64,000 nucleotides of DNA. Origin: Limnohabitans sp. (lineage in GTDB: Bacteria; Pseudomonadota; Gammaproteobacteria; Burkholderiales; Burkholderiaceae_C). A model generated the notes under the pieces. That model searched no databases and was not told the DNA's origin. It was given only the letters and a program-made list of their open reading frames with translations. The DNA lies in the NCBI GenBank assembly GCA_030158125.1, contig JAOATL010000001.1, forward strand, positions 206-64,205. Reading direction: 5' to 3'. Below, in pieces: positions 27,302 to 36,424 of this stretch. A program made the translations under genes and the position numbers. Within the stretch, counting starts at the first letter, position 1; each line of letters begins with the position of its first letter.

Positions 27302-28363
27302 TCAGAGCCGAGATTTCTCGTCGCGCTCATACCAAGCCTTGGAGTTGTTCACGATGTACACCACGAACAACATCAATGGCACCTCAATCAAAACGCCCAC
27401 CACTGTGGCCAATGCAGCCCCTGATTCAAAGCCAAACAGACTGATGGCCGCCGCAACCGCCAACTCAAAGAAATTAGAAGCGCCAATCAGTGCAGAAGGA
27501 CACGCGATGTTGTGTTTCTCACCAACAGCGCGGTTGAGCCAGTAAGCCAACGCAGAATTGAAAAGCACCTGAATGAGAATGGGCACGGCCAAAAGCGCAA
27601 TGACCAGTGGTTGATTCAAAATTGCTTCCCCTTGGAAAGCAAACAGCAGCACCAGAGTGGCCAACAAAGCTGCAATAGACCAGGGGCCAATTTTTGAAAT
27701 GACAGCGTCGAAAGCCTGCGCGCCTTTGGCCAACAAGACTTTGCGAATCAACTGTGCAAAGATCACTGGCATGACGATGTACAGTACCACCGAAGTTAGC
27801 AATGTGTCCCATGGCACGGTAATCGCAGACAAGCCAAGCAAAAAAGCCACCAAAGGTGCAAAGGCGATGACCATGATGCTGTCGTTGAGCGCCACTTGCG
27901 ACAAGGTGAACAATGGGTCGCCGCCTGTCAGGCGACTCCAAACAAACACCATGGCCGTGCAAGGTGCAGCGGCCAGCAAAATCAAGCCAGCAATGTAGCT
28001 GTCAATTTGCTCGGCAGGCAACAAGGGGGCAAATAAATACCGAATGAAAAACCAACCCAGCAAGGCCATTGAAAACGGCTTTACCAGCCAGTTGACAAAC
28101 AAGGTCACACCAATGCCTTTGACGTGCTGACGCACCTCATGCAAAGCGCCAAAATCCACTTTAATCAGCATTGGAATGATCATGACCCAAATCAGCAAAC
28201 CCACTGGCAAATTGACCTTTGCAATTTCCATGCTTCCAATGGCTTGAAACACAACAGGAAAGAACTGACCCAAAGCAATCCCTGCAAGGATGCACAAGAA
28301 AACCCAAACAGTCAGGTAACGTTCAAACACACTCATGGGTGCAACTTGTTGATCTTGCTTCAT
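27302..28363 (-). CDS. acr3: ACR3-family arsenite efflux transporter
   Basis: MSVFERYLTVWV, NWLVKPF, GLILLAAAPCTAMV, NFFELAVA, GVLIEVP. Confidence 0.96.
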   Translation of the reverse strand: MKQDQQVAPMSVFERYLTVWVFLCILAGIALGQFFPVVFQAIGSMEIAKVNLPVGLLIWVMIIPMLIKVDFGALHEVRQHVKGIGVTLFVNWLVKPFSMALLGWFFIRYLFAPLLPAEQIDSYIAGLILLAAAPCTAMVFVWSRLTGGDPLFTLSQVALNDSIMVIAFAPLVAFLLGLSAITVPWDTLLTSVVLYIVMPVIFAQLIRKVLLAKGAQAFDAVISKIGPWSIAALLATLVLLFAFQGEAILNQPLVIALLAVPILIQVLFNSALAYWLNRAVGEKHNIACPSALIGASNFFELAVAAAISLFGFESGAALATVVGVLIEVPLMLFVVYIVNNSKAWYERDEKSRL

Positions 28364-28373
28364 TTGGGAATCT

Positions 28374-28880
28374 TCAGTCTTTGGCCAAATCGCGCGCTGT
28401 CTTTTCAATGGACAGTCGAGTCAAACTGCTCAAGGGCAAGTTAACCAATAGTTCTAAGCGTTTGCGAATCAGGTGCAATGTTTGCAAAAAGGCTTCGTGC
28501 TTTTGAGCGTCGTCACCCTGCACGTCAGACGGATCTGCATAGCCCCAATGCGCAGTGGCTGGTTGGCCTGGCCAATACGGACAGACCTCCCCTGCGGCGT
28601 TGTCACACACCGTGATCACCAAGTCCATTTGGGGTCCATCGGCTTGCGCAAAAACGTCCCAGTTTTTGCTACTCAAGCCCTCCACAGACAAACCTGCCTT
28701 GCGCAGCGTTTCAATGGCCATGGGGTTGGGCTTCTGATTTGCTCGAGGACTGCTGCCCGCCGAATAGGCTTTAAATCGCCCTTTGCCCAAATGATTCAAC
28801 ATGGCCTCGGCCAAGATGCTTCTGGCCGAGTTGTGGGTACATAAGAAAAGGACATTCAAAGGTTTGGTATCGGTGTTCAT
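28374..28880 (-). CDS. arsC: Arsenate reductase, LMW-PTP fold
   Basis: LFLCTHNSARS P-loop, AYSAGS, TVCDNAAGEVCPYWPG, HWGYADP. Confidence 0.93.
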   Translation of the reverse strand: MNTDTKPLNVLFLCTHNSARSILAEAMLNHLGKGRFKAYSAGSSPRANQKPNPMAIETLRKAGLSVEGLSSKNWDVFAQADGPQMDLVITVCDNAAGEVCPYWPGQPATAHWGYADPSDVQGDDAQKHEAFLQTLHLIRKRLELLVNLPLSSLTRLSIEKTARDLAKD

Positions 28881-28893
28881 TTGAAATAACCCA

Positions 28894-28944
28894 TTAACAT
28901 TCACACTGGGCCACCAAGGATTTGATGACGTCTTTGACTTGCAT
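28894..28944 (-). pseudogene. arsR: Probable internally deleted arsR remnant (MQVKDVIKSLVAQCEC*)
   Basis: 16-codon ORF at the position where arsR normally lies. The N-terminus resembles betaproteobacterial ArsR starts (M..KDVI.SL) and the end is a Cys-rich tail (CEC*); not in the ORF track because of its length. Confidence 0.62.
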
Positions 28945-28965
28945 CTTTCAATATTATTAGAAATA
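28945..28965. promoter_or_regulatory. Putative ArsR operator/promoter (TTTCAATATTATTAGAAA)
   Basis: AT-rich imperfect inverted repeat TTTC..GAAA directly upstream of the arsR-like ATG. Confidence 0.55.
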
Positions 28966-29025
28966 AATGACTAAATTGTGACATGCCCCATATTGCGCAA
29001 GCGACTTCAATAGAATGAGAAGCTT

Positions 29026-29793
29026 ATGCCGATTAAATTCTTCCACCGCCTGAGCAGCAACCGACGGTCTCGCAAAACCAACATCCAGTTGGGGGCATAC
29101 TTGGCATTTGTGGCTGGCGCTGTCAATGCGGGCGGATTTCTCGCCATCAGCCGTTACACGTCACACATGAGTGGCATCATTTCGGGCATTGGCGACGATT
29201 TGGCTTTGCGTGACCTTGCCGCCGTACTGGGCGCCCTGACTCTGCTGATTGCATTCATTGCCGGTGCTGCCACCACGGCAGTGCTGGTCAACTGGGGGCA
29301 ACGTCGCAAAATTCAAAGTGAGTTTGCCTTGCCATTGTTGGTCGAGGCGGCCCTGCTCTTAATATTTGGCGTGGTGGGGGCCAATCTGAATCTCTATTTG
29401 CACCTCACCATGCCAGCCATTGCACTGCTGCTCTGTTTTGTCATGGGGCTTCAAAATGCCATCATGACCAAGGCTTCTGGCGCAGAAATTAGAACCACCC
29501 ACATGACAGGCGTTGTGACCGACATCGGCATCGAACTTGGGAAACTGTTTTATTGGAACCGGTCGACTGAAGCCAATGCAAGGGGAACTGTGATGGCGAA
29601 CAGAATTAAGTTAAAAACTCACTTGTTAATTTTCAGCGCTTTCTTTTCAGGCGCAATTGTCGGCGCCGTGAGTTTCAAAGAGCTGGGATATCAGTCTGTC
29701 ATACCGCTGTCACTTTCTCTTGTTGTGATTGCGGCATCCCACATCTATAAAGACATTCGATTGATCCTCAAACAGCATGCGCTACACAATTGA
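29026..29793 (+). CDS. YoaK/DUF1275 family membrane protein
   Basis: L.FVAGAVNAGGF, YTSHMSG, MGLQNA, IRTTHMTG..TD.G. Confidence 0.9.
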   Translation: MPIKFFHRLSSNRRSRKTNIQLGAYLAFVAGAVNAGGFLAISRYTSHMSGIISGIGDDLALRDLAAVLGALTLLIAFIAGAATTAVLVNWGQRRKIQSEFALPLLVEAALLLIFGVVGANLNLYLHLTMPAIALLLCFVMGLQNAIMTKASGAEIRTTHMTGVVTDIGIELGKLFYWNRSTEANARGTVMANRIKLKTHLLIFSAFFSGAIVGAVSFKELGYQSVIPLSLSLVVIAASHIYKDIRLILKQHALHN

Positions 29794-29803
29794 TGGAATT
29801 TCG

Positions 29804-30754
29804 ATGAATCAAAGCAAGCTCAACAGAAGAAGTTTCACCAAGTTGGCAAGCGGCATGGCTTTGGCCCCCTTTCTGTCCAATGCCTATGGGCAGAGTTCAA
29901 GCAATGGCAAATTACTGATCATTGGTGGCGCAGAAGATCGACTGAACGATCGCGTCATTTTGAAAAAGTTCGTAGAAATTTCAGGCGGCCCGTCTGCAAA
30001 GCTTAAATTTATTTTGACAGCTAGCAGTGACCCCACATCGGTATGGGAGAGCTACTCAAAGGTGTTCAAAGAACTGGGTGCAACGCAAGTCGAGGCCATT
30101 CCACTTTTAACCAGAGAAGATGCCAATCAGCCTGAAGTTATTTTGAGCATTCTCGAGTCTGATGGCATCTTTATGACAGGCGGCGATCAAAGTCGGTTGA
30201 TGGCGCAACTGTGGGAAACACCGTCCTTTCAAGCCATTCATCAAGCATTTCACATCAAAGGCGTTTGCATTGCAGGTACAAGTGCAGGCGCGGCCGTCAT
30301 GTCACGGCAAATGATTGCCCAAGGTCAGGCCACCCTCATTCCAGAAAAAGATGTTGTGTCATTTGACATTGGACTGGGTTTGGTCAACCGCGCCATCATT
30401 GACCAACATTTTTCACAAAGACGGCGATTGACGCGCCTCCTCTCCGCATTGGCGCAGCGACCCGATGTCTTGGGTGTTGGCATTGATGAGAACACTGGAC
30501 TTTTGATTCAAATGCACAAATCAATTGAAGTGATTGGAGACGGTTCAGTCACCATTGTGGATGGCCGACGCATGATTTCAAATTATGAAGAAATCGAATC
30601 GCAAGAAAAGCTAGAACTGCTGGGCGTGCAGTTGCACTTACTCCCCAGTGGACGAACTTATTTCGCGAACAACCGCGCGCAAGACTTGCACGCGGCGCCC
30701 TCATTAATCGACGCCATCAATGTCCTGGTGCAGCCTGGGCCAGCCCGAATTTAA
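29804..30754 (+). CDS. Cyanophycinase (peptidase S51) with Tat signal
   Basis: L.IIGGAED, FMTGGDQ, GTSAGA (Ser), IIDQHF..R.R..RL (His), GIDENT (Glu); NRRSFTK signal peptide. Confidence 0.88.
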   Translation: MNQSKLNRRSFTKLASGMALAPFLSNAYGQSSSNGKLLIIGGAEDRLNDRVILKKFVEISGGPSAKLKFILTASSDPTSVWESYSKVFKELGATQVEAIPLLTREDANQPEVILSILESDGIFMTGGDQSRLMAQLWETPSFQAIHQAFHIKGVCIAGTSAGAAVMSRQMIAQGQATLIPEKDVVSFDIGLGLVNRAIIDQHFSQRRRLTRLLSALAQRPDVLGVGIDENTGLLIQMHKSIEVIGDGSVTIVDGRRMISNYEEIESQEKLELLGVQLHLLPSGRTYFANNRAQDLHAAPSLIDAINVLVQPGPARI

Positions 30755-30760
30755 ATTGCA

Positions 30761-32275
30761 CTAACTCACCACGCCAAGGTGCCACGGTACAAATTCGTGA
30801 TCGCCTAAACCCAAAAGTTCGCTTTTGGTTTTTTGGCCAGAAGCATGTCGCAAGAGGTCTTCAAAAATCCGTTGACCCATTTCTTGCACACTGACTTCAC
30901 CGTCCAAAATGAGACCACAGTTGATGTCCATGTCCTCTTCTAGGCGCGTGTACATGGCTGTGTTGCTGGCCAGTTTGATGGTGGGCGCGGGCCGGGAACC
31001 AAACATGGAGCCACGACCTGTGGTGAAACAAATCAAATTGGCACCGCTGGCAATTTGACCTGTTACGGCCACAGGGTCGTACCCCGGTGAGTCCATGAAT
31101 ACAAACCCTTTGTGCGCAATGGGTTCGGCATATTCGTAAAAAGCTTGCAAGGGCGTAGAACCCGCCTTCATGGCCGAGCCCAGGGATTTCTCAAAAATAT
31201 TGGCCAGCCCACCCTGTTGGTTGCCGTGACCCACCACGCCGTTGAACTGTACATTGGTGCCGCGTGTGTAGTCAGACCACCATGCCAACTTGTCCAGCAA
31301 TTTTTGTCCCACTTCAGGCGAAATTGCACGACGCGTTAACATGTGTTCTACACCATGAATTTCAGGTGTCTCAGACAAAATAGCAGTACCGCCGTGCTTC
31401 ACCAAAATATCCATGGCAGCGCCCAAAGCGGGATTGCATGTGATTCCCGAGAACCCATCCGACCCCCCGCACTCAAGGCCAATAGACAAGTGGCTGGCTG
31501 GTACCGAACTACGTTGCACATCATTGGCAGCAGACAACATGCTCTCCACTGCAGCAATACCTGCTTCAATGGTGGCACGCGTACCCCCTACTTCTTGCAT
31601 CACCAGCGTCTGCATGAGTTGACTGGCACGAAGTTCTTGCGAAGCCACCAAGTCGGCAACCTGATTGCGCTCACAACCCAGACCCACAATGAGTGCGCCT
31701 ACCAAATTGGGATGACGGACATAACCGGCAATGGTGCGGCGAAGCAAGTCGAAGTGCGGACTGGGCGACGCCATGCCACAACCTGTGGTTTGCGCAAAAG
31801 CCACCACCCCATCGATGTTGGGATACGCCGTCAAACGCTCGGGCGTGAAATGCGCTGCTATTTTGTGAATGACGGTGGCAGAGCAATTGACTGAAGAAAA
31901 CAAGCCAATGAAGTTGCGTGTACCAACACGGCCATCGGGTCTGACGTACCCCATGAACCGCGCTTGTTGCGCTTCCGACAAGACTTCAACAGGTTGAACG
32001 TCAGCACCGAAAGCGGGATCATGATAGAACTCGGCCAGTGCCAAGTTGTGGCCATGCACATGCTCACCCGCTGCAATGTCGCGCGTGGCCACACCAATCT
32101 CGGTGTTGTACTTCAATATTCGCGCACCCTTTGCAATGTCAGTGGCTGCAATTTTGTGACCCGCAGGCACTTGCGCACGCGTCTTGAGGTGCCAGGTAGC
32201 CAGTTTCTCACCCAAGGCCAGGGGCCGTTTGGCAATCAAAACGTTGTCATTGGAATGGAGGCGAATGAGGGGCAT
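30761..32275 (-). CDS. UxaA/GarD-family sugar-acid dehydratase (SAF + dehydratase domains)
   Basis: DNV.IA, VPAGHKIA, G.HVHGHN, GRVGTRN, GLGCE, LECGGSD, NIFEKSLG, FTTGRG. Confidence 0.92.
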   Translation of the reverse strand: MPLIRLHSNDNVLIAKRPLALGEKLATWHLKTRAQVPAGHKIAATDIAKGARILKYNTEIGVATRDIAAGEHVHGHNLALAEFYHDPAFGADVQPVEVLSEAQQARFMGYVRPDGRVGTRNFIGLFSSVNCSATVIHKIAAHFTPERLTAYPNIDGVVAFAQTTGCGMASPSPHFDLLRRTIAGYVRHPNLVGALIVGLGCERNQVADLVASQELRASQLMQTLVMQEVGGTRATIEAGIAAVESMLSAANDVQRSSVPASHLSIGLECGGSDGFSGITCNPALGAAMDILVKHGGTAILSETPEIHGVEHMLTRRAISPEVGQKLLDKLAWWSDYTRGTNVQFNGVVGHGNQQGGLANIFEKSLGSAMKAGSTPLQAFYEYAEPIAHKGFVFMDSPGYDPVAVTGQIASGANLICFTTGRGSMFGSRPAPTIKLASNTAMYTRLEEDMDINCGLILDGEVSVQEMGQRIFEDLLRHASGQKTKSELLGLGDHEFVPWHLGVVS

Positions 32276-32289
32276 GAATGGCTTCTTGA

Positions 32290-33273
32290 TTAGCTCTTGA
32301 TCAATTCTTTGAGTTTCAATTTATCAATGAGCAAGGTTTCTTTTTTGTAGATCTGCGCCACGTAGCTTTCATAATCGGGACCGTCCAAATACAAAACAGG
32401 GGCGTCGATTTTGTCGCAAGCCTGCTTGAACTCTGGGCTGGCTGCAGCGACACGGAAAGCTTGGCGCAAGCGATTGGCCACGGTCGGCTCGAGGCCTTTG
32501 GGTGCGCCAATGCCATTGGGCGCATCAACCACCACATTGAAACCTGCCTCTTTCAGTGTCGGTGCATCTTTAAATCGACCGACGCGCTGCTCACCCCAGG
32601 TTGCCAAAAGTCTCATCTTGCCAGCTTCTACGTGTGGCGCCCAAGAGGAGGAGTCAACCAAGACATCCACGTGCCCCCCCAAGACCGCTTGCAAAGCATC
32701 TGCCCCGCCCTTGAAAGGGATGTGGTTGAACTTGATGCCAGCAGCCATGGCAAATTCTTCCATGCCGACGTGCGTTGCACCGCCCACACCCGCATGGGCA
32801 TAGGTGATCTTGCCCGGATTGGCACGTGCTTCTGCCACCAGTTCTTGCAAACTTTTCCAACGGCTACCAGACAAAGTTGCCATGCCAAAAGTTTGGCCAG
32901 AAGTTCGGGCAATGTAGGTCAGGTCTTTGAGCGGATCAATGGCGACTGATCCCAATTGAGAAAATCGAGTGACAGAAATCGGAATTTGTCCGATGGTGTA
33001 ACCGTCAGGCTTGGCTGAAACCATGGCCTTGAGGCCAATCATGCCGGATGCCCCTACCTTGTTCTCAACGGCAATGGGCTGGCCTAAGTCTTTGCTGGCC
33101 GCAGCGCAAAGCGCCCGCATGGTTTGATCTGCGGTACCACCGGCAGGCCAAGGGCAAATGAAGGTGATTGGCTTTTCTGGAAATGCTGCGGCAAATGCAG
33201 GCATGGACAGGGCCAAGGGGCTGGCGGCAACCGCCAAGACTTTTTGTCCAAATGAACGACGAGATTGACGCAT
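32290..33273 (-). CDS. Bug/TctC binding protein
   Basis: FPEKPITFICPWPAGGTAD, VENK.GASG.IG, HIPFKGG. Confidence 0.93.
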   Translation of the reverse strand: MRQSRRSFGQKVLAVAASPLALSMPAFAAAFPEKPITFICPWPAGGTADQTMRALCAAASKDLGQPIAVENKVGASGMIGLKAMVSAKPDGYTIGQIPISVTRFSQLGSVAIDPLKDLTYIARTSGQTFGMATLSGSRWKSLQELVAEARANPGKITYAHAGVGGATHVGMEEFAMAAGIKFNHIPFKGGADALQAVLGGHVDVLVDSSSWAPHVEAGKMRLLATWGEQRVGRFKDAPTLKEAGFNVVVDAPNGIGAPKGLEPTVANRLRQAFRVAAASPEFKQACDKIDAPVLYLDGPDYESYVAQIYKKETLLIDKLKLKELIKS

Positions 33274-33329
33274 GGTGATGTCTCCTTTTTTAGTTCATTC
33301 ATTTTTGCCGGCTTCTACATAACGATCTA

Positions 33330-33352
33330 ATGAATATTTGTACTATATTCAT
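33330..33352. promoter_or_regulatory. LysR-type operator ATGAATAT-N7-ATATTCAT
   Basis: Perfect 8-bp arms between the divergent bug and LysR genes. Confidence 0.7.
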
Positions 33353-33379
33353 AACCTTATTGGAATGTAATGAAATAGC

Positions 33380-34345
33380 ATGTACAGCATTGACCGGGTT
33401 CTACGCTCCAACCTCAAACTCAAACATTTGCAATTACTGGTTGCCCTAGACCAGTTAAGACATCTGGGAAAAACAGCGGAGTTTTTAGCCATCACGCAAC
33501 CCGCAGTTTCTAAAACCTTGGCCGAAATTGAGCGAATGTTTGACCTCAGCCTCTTCAATCGTTCGACGCGGGGCACCGAACCTACCCCCTATGGTGAAAG
33601 CATCATTCGATTTGCCAGAACTGTTTTGAGCGAGTTCGAACGCACCAAAGAAGAGTTGGAAGACACGCTCTCGGGTGCCTCGGGAAAAACCAATGTGGGT
33701 GCCATGGTTGTTGCCATGCCCACGCTGCTCAGTCCAGCCATTGCAAAGCTAAAGCAAACCTCCAGCAAAACAAGGGTCTTGGTGGAGGAAGGTGACCTGA
33801 CCAGACTTCTGCCAAGGTTACGCCGGGGAGAACTGGACTTGTTGGTTGGCCGACTCGAGCCGGGCTATGCAGCGCCAGACCTCAAAACGGAGGCCCTCTA
33901 CAACGAATCCATGTGCTTGGTTGTTCACAAAGCCCACCTCCTCTCCAAAAAAAGAAAAGTAACGTGGTCTGACCTGACGCAAACGGCTTGGGTGGTTCCA
34001 CCGGCCTGGGCTTCCTCTAGAACCAAACTCATCCAAGCATTCCACCAACATGGGCTCAATCCACCAGAAGACTTGGTAGAGACCGCCTCGTTTTTGGCCA
34101 TCTTTAATGCCGTAATGGACCAAGAGGCGGTTGGTTTTGTGGCACAAGCGGTTGGCAAACACTTTGAACAAAAAGGATTCTTCAAAATATTGCCGATTGT
34201 CTTAGCGATGGATTTACCACCCGTAGGTTTGATCACCTTACAGGGACAAAACGTCAATCAATCGACTGAAAAATTCATGCAGTGTTTGCGCTGGGTGGCA
34301 CAGTCAGACCGCAAACACTTGACTCAGATCAAGAATCAGCTTTAG
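33380..34345 (+). CDS. LysR-family regulator (GbpR-like)
   Basis: LKLKHLQLL, ITQPAVSK, LFNRSTRG.EPT.YG. Confidence 0.93.
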   Translation: MYSIDRVLRSNLKLKHLQLLVALDQLRHLGKTAEFLAITQPAVSKTLAEIERMFDLSLFNRSTRGTEPTPYGESIIRFARTVLSEFERTKEELEDTLSGASGKTNVGAMVVAMPTLLSPAIAKLKQTSSKTRVLVEEGDLTRLLPRLRRGELDLLVGRLEPGYAAPDLKTEALYNESMCLVVHKAHLLSKKRKVTWSDLTQTAWVVPPAWASSRTKLIQAFHQHGLNPPEDLVETASFLAIFNAVMDQEAVGFVAQAVGKHFEQKGFFKILPIVLAMDLPPVGLITLQGQNVNQSTEKFMQCLRWVAQSDRKHLTQIKNQL

Positions 34346-34393
34346 ATGAATACCTAAACTGAAACCTCGTTAGCCATTGCGAAACGTCACCTT

Positions 34394-34873
34394 TTGAATG
34401 CGAGACCTACTGTGAAAACAAACCATCAAATTGGCCTCATTGCACTCATCAAGCGCTCAAGGCCCATCAACCTCATCACTGGCCCCATCATTTACAGCAT
34501 GGTCATACCCATTGTGCTGCTCGACATTTGTGTTTCGTTTTATCAATGGACTTGTTTTCCCATCTATGGGATTCAAAAATTTTCACGCAAAGATTTCATT
34601 ATTTTTGATCGCCAAGAACTCAAATACTTGGACTGGATTTCAAAATTCCACTGCACTTACTGCGCTTATGGCGTAGGCGTGTCTGGCTACGTCCATGAAA
34701 TTATCAAAGCCACGGAGGCTTATTTTTGCCCCATCAAACACAAGGAAAAAAAACTGGCCGAGTCGCATCGACACTGGCAATCCATTGCATTTGAGCAAGG
34801 CCCCGATTTTGATTTCAACGCGTATCTGGAACAAGTTAGAAATTCGATGACACAGCAAAGCACAAAATCATGA
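34394..34873 (+). CDS. Conserved hypothetical protein with CxYC and CPIKH motifs
   Basis: Hydrophobic segment, then FYQ..CFP.Y, FDR..L.YL, HCTYCAY, YFCPIKH; start uncertain. Confidence 0.75.
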   Translation: MNARPTVKTNHQIGLIALIKRSRPINLITGPIIYSMVIPIVLLDICVSFYQWTCFPIYGIQKFSRKDFIIFDRQELKYLDWISKFHCTYCAYGVGVSGYVHEIIKATEAYFCPIKHKEKKLAESHRHWQSIAFEQGPDFDFNAYLEQVRNSMTQQSTKS

Positions 34874-35259
34874 CGCAAGCCATTGGATTTAAAAAGGCAA
34901 TTTCAGCTTGTGCGTTTTGTGTGGCAACACTCAACGCTTCGTCTTGCTTAGCAAGCGACAGCTTCACCAGTGAGTTCAGCCACTTGGCAAGTGGTGCAGC
35001 CATGGCGGGATACATCACGCACATTTATGCCGAATCTGACCATCGTGCATGGATAGGGTTTGGCATCAGCACGGCCTTCATTGTTGCCGAACAAAACTAC
35101 GAAATACGCAAAAATGGCCGTCGATCCAGTCAACAACTGGACATGGTGGCGCACGCTTTAGGATCTGCGCTTGGCGCTTGGTACGCAGACAAATACCTGA
35201 TCCTGCCAAACGTCACCCAACACGCCATCGGCTTTACACTGTACATTCCCATCAAATAG
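34870..35259 (+). CDS. Hypothetical exported/membrane protein (YfiM/DUF2279-like features)
   Basis: Signal-like N-terminus, H...GA, glycine-rich helices (HALGSALG), beta-like C-terminus; ATGA overlap with the upstream gene. Confidence 0.6.
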   Translation: MTQAIGFKKAISACAFCVATLNASSCLASDSFTSEFSHLASGAAMAGYITHIYAESDHRAWIGFGISTAFIVAEQNYEIRKNGRRSSQQLDMVAHALGSALGAWYADKYLILPNVTQHAIGFTLYIPIK

Positions 35260-35300
35260 GAAATCAATCACTTCGCCTTTTGTGAAGTTAAGCTTCAAAC

Positions 35301-36359
35301 GTGATGAAAATATTCAGCAACACACATCACCATTTGCATCGTGGCCAACAAGAAATGTTCCGAGGCCGCTTGGTCGATTGCCACGAAGTGCCGCAGAGAC
35401 TTGACCACGTTCTCGCTGAATTGGCACGGCGACCCGTCGGGCAATTGTTGAAGCCGCCCCAGCATCTGAATGTAGATGCCGCGCTTGAAAGCGTACACAC
35501 ATCTAGATACTTGGCGTTCCTTGCCACCGCATGGCAGGAATGGGTGAAATTAAATCCCGACAATGCAAACCGTGATGCCCTGCCCTCTGTTTGGCCGTTG
35601 CCAGGGCATCATGCGTTTCGGATGGACAAACCACCCCTCAACTTTGCGGCCCGTCTAGGACAATATGCCTTTGATGCAGGCACGCCCTTGATGGCTGGCA
35701 CATGGCAAGCTGCCCGAGAAGGCGCCGCATGTGCAGTCGCTGCAGCACACGCTCTGATGTCTGGCGAGTCAGCAACGGTTGCCCTCACACGGCCACCTGG
35801 CCACCATGCAGGCCCTGCCTACATGGGCGGCTACTGTTTCCTGAACAATGCGGCCGTTGCAGCCCAGCAATTAATCGAACAAGGCCTTCAGCGTGTCGCT
35901 GTCCTAGACATTGACTACCACCACGGCAATGGCACTCAGGCCATTTTTGATACGCGGGCTGACGTGTACACACTGTCAATTCACGGTGATCCGCAAACTG
36001 AATATCCGTTCTTTTTAGGCCATGCAGATGAACGAGGTTCCGATGAGGGGCAAGGCTTTAACTTGAACTTGCCTTTGCCCAGAGGCACAGAATTTGAGGT
36101 GTGGTTTGCCGCCATGCAAAAGGCTTTACAAGTGATCAGCGACTATGGCCCGCAAGCCTTGGTCGTGCCGTTGGGTTTGGATACTTATGAAGGCGACCCC
36201 ATCAGTGGCTTCAAATTGAAATCGGCGCATTACCTGCAAATAGGACAAGCCATTGCCTCTTTGCGATTGCCCACTGTCTTCACCTTGGAAGGCGGGTATG
36301 CCGTGGCCGACTTTGGCATCAACACAGTCAATGTGTTGGAAGGTTTTCAAACCTTTTAA
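35301..36359 (+). CDS. Histone deacetylase-family amidohydrolase (acetylpolyamine amidohydrolase-like)
   Basis: RPPGHHA, GGYCFLNNAA, LDIDYHHGNGTQ, SIHGDP, LGLDT, EGGY. Confidence 0.93.
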   Translation: MMKIFSNTHHHLHRGQQEMFRGRLVDCHEVPQRLDHVLAELARRPVGQLLKPPQHLNVDAALESVHTSRYLAFLATAWQEWVKLNPDNANRDALPSVWPLPGHHAFRMDKPPLNFAARLGQYAFDAGTPLMAGTWQAAREGAACAVAAAHALMSGESATVALTRPPGHHAGPAYMGGYCFLNNAAVAAQQLIEQGLQRVAVLDIDYHHGNGTQAIFDTRADVYTLSIHGDPQTEYPFFLGHADERGSDEGQGFNLNLPLPRGTEFEVWFAAMQKALQVISDYGPQALVVPLGLDTYEGDPISGFKLKSAHYLQIGQAIASLRLPTVFTLEGGYAVADFGINTVNVLEGFQTF

Positions 36360-36371
36360 ATTTTGTCGCAG

Positions 36372-36400
36372 AAAAAAGCCAGCAATTTGCTGGCTTTTTT
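36372..36400. terminator. Bidirectional rho-independent terminator
   Basis: AAAAAA-GCCAGCAA-T-TTGCTGGC-TTTTTT between convergent genes. Confidence 0.85.
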
Positions 36401-36424
36401 GACGACGTTCAAATCACGGGATGT

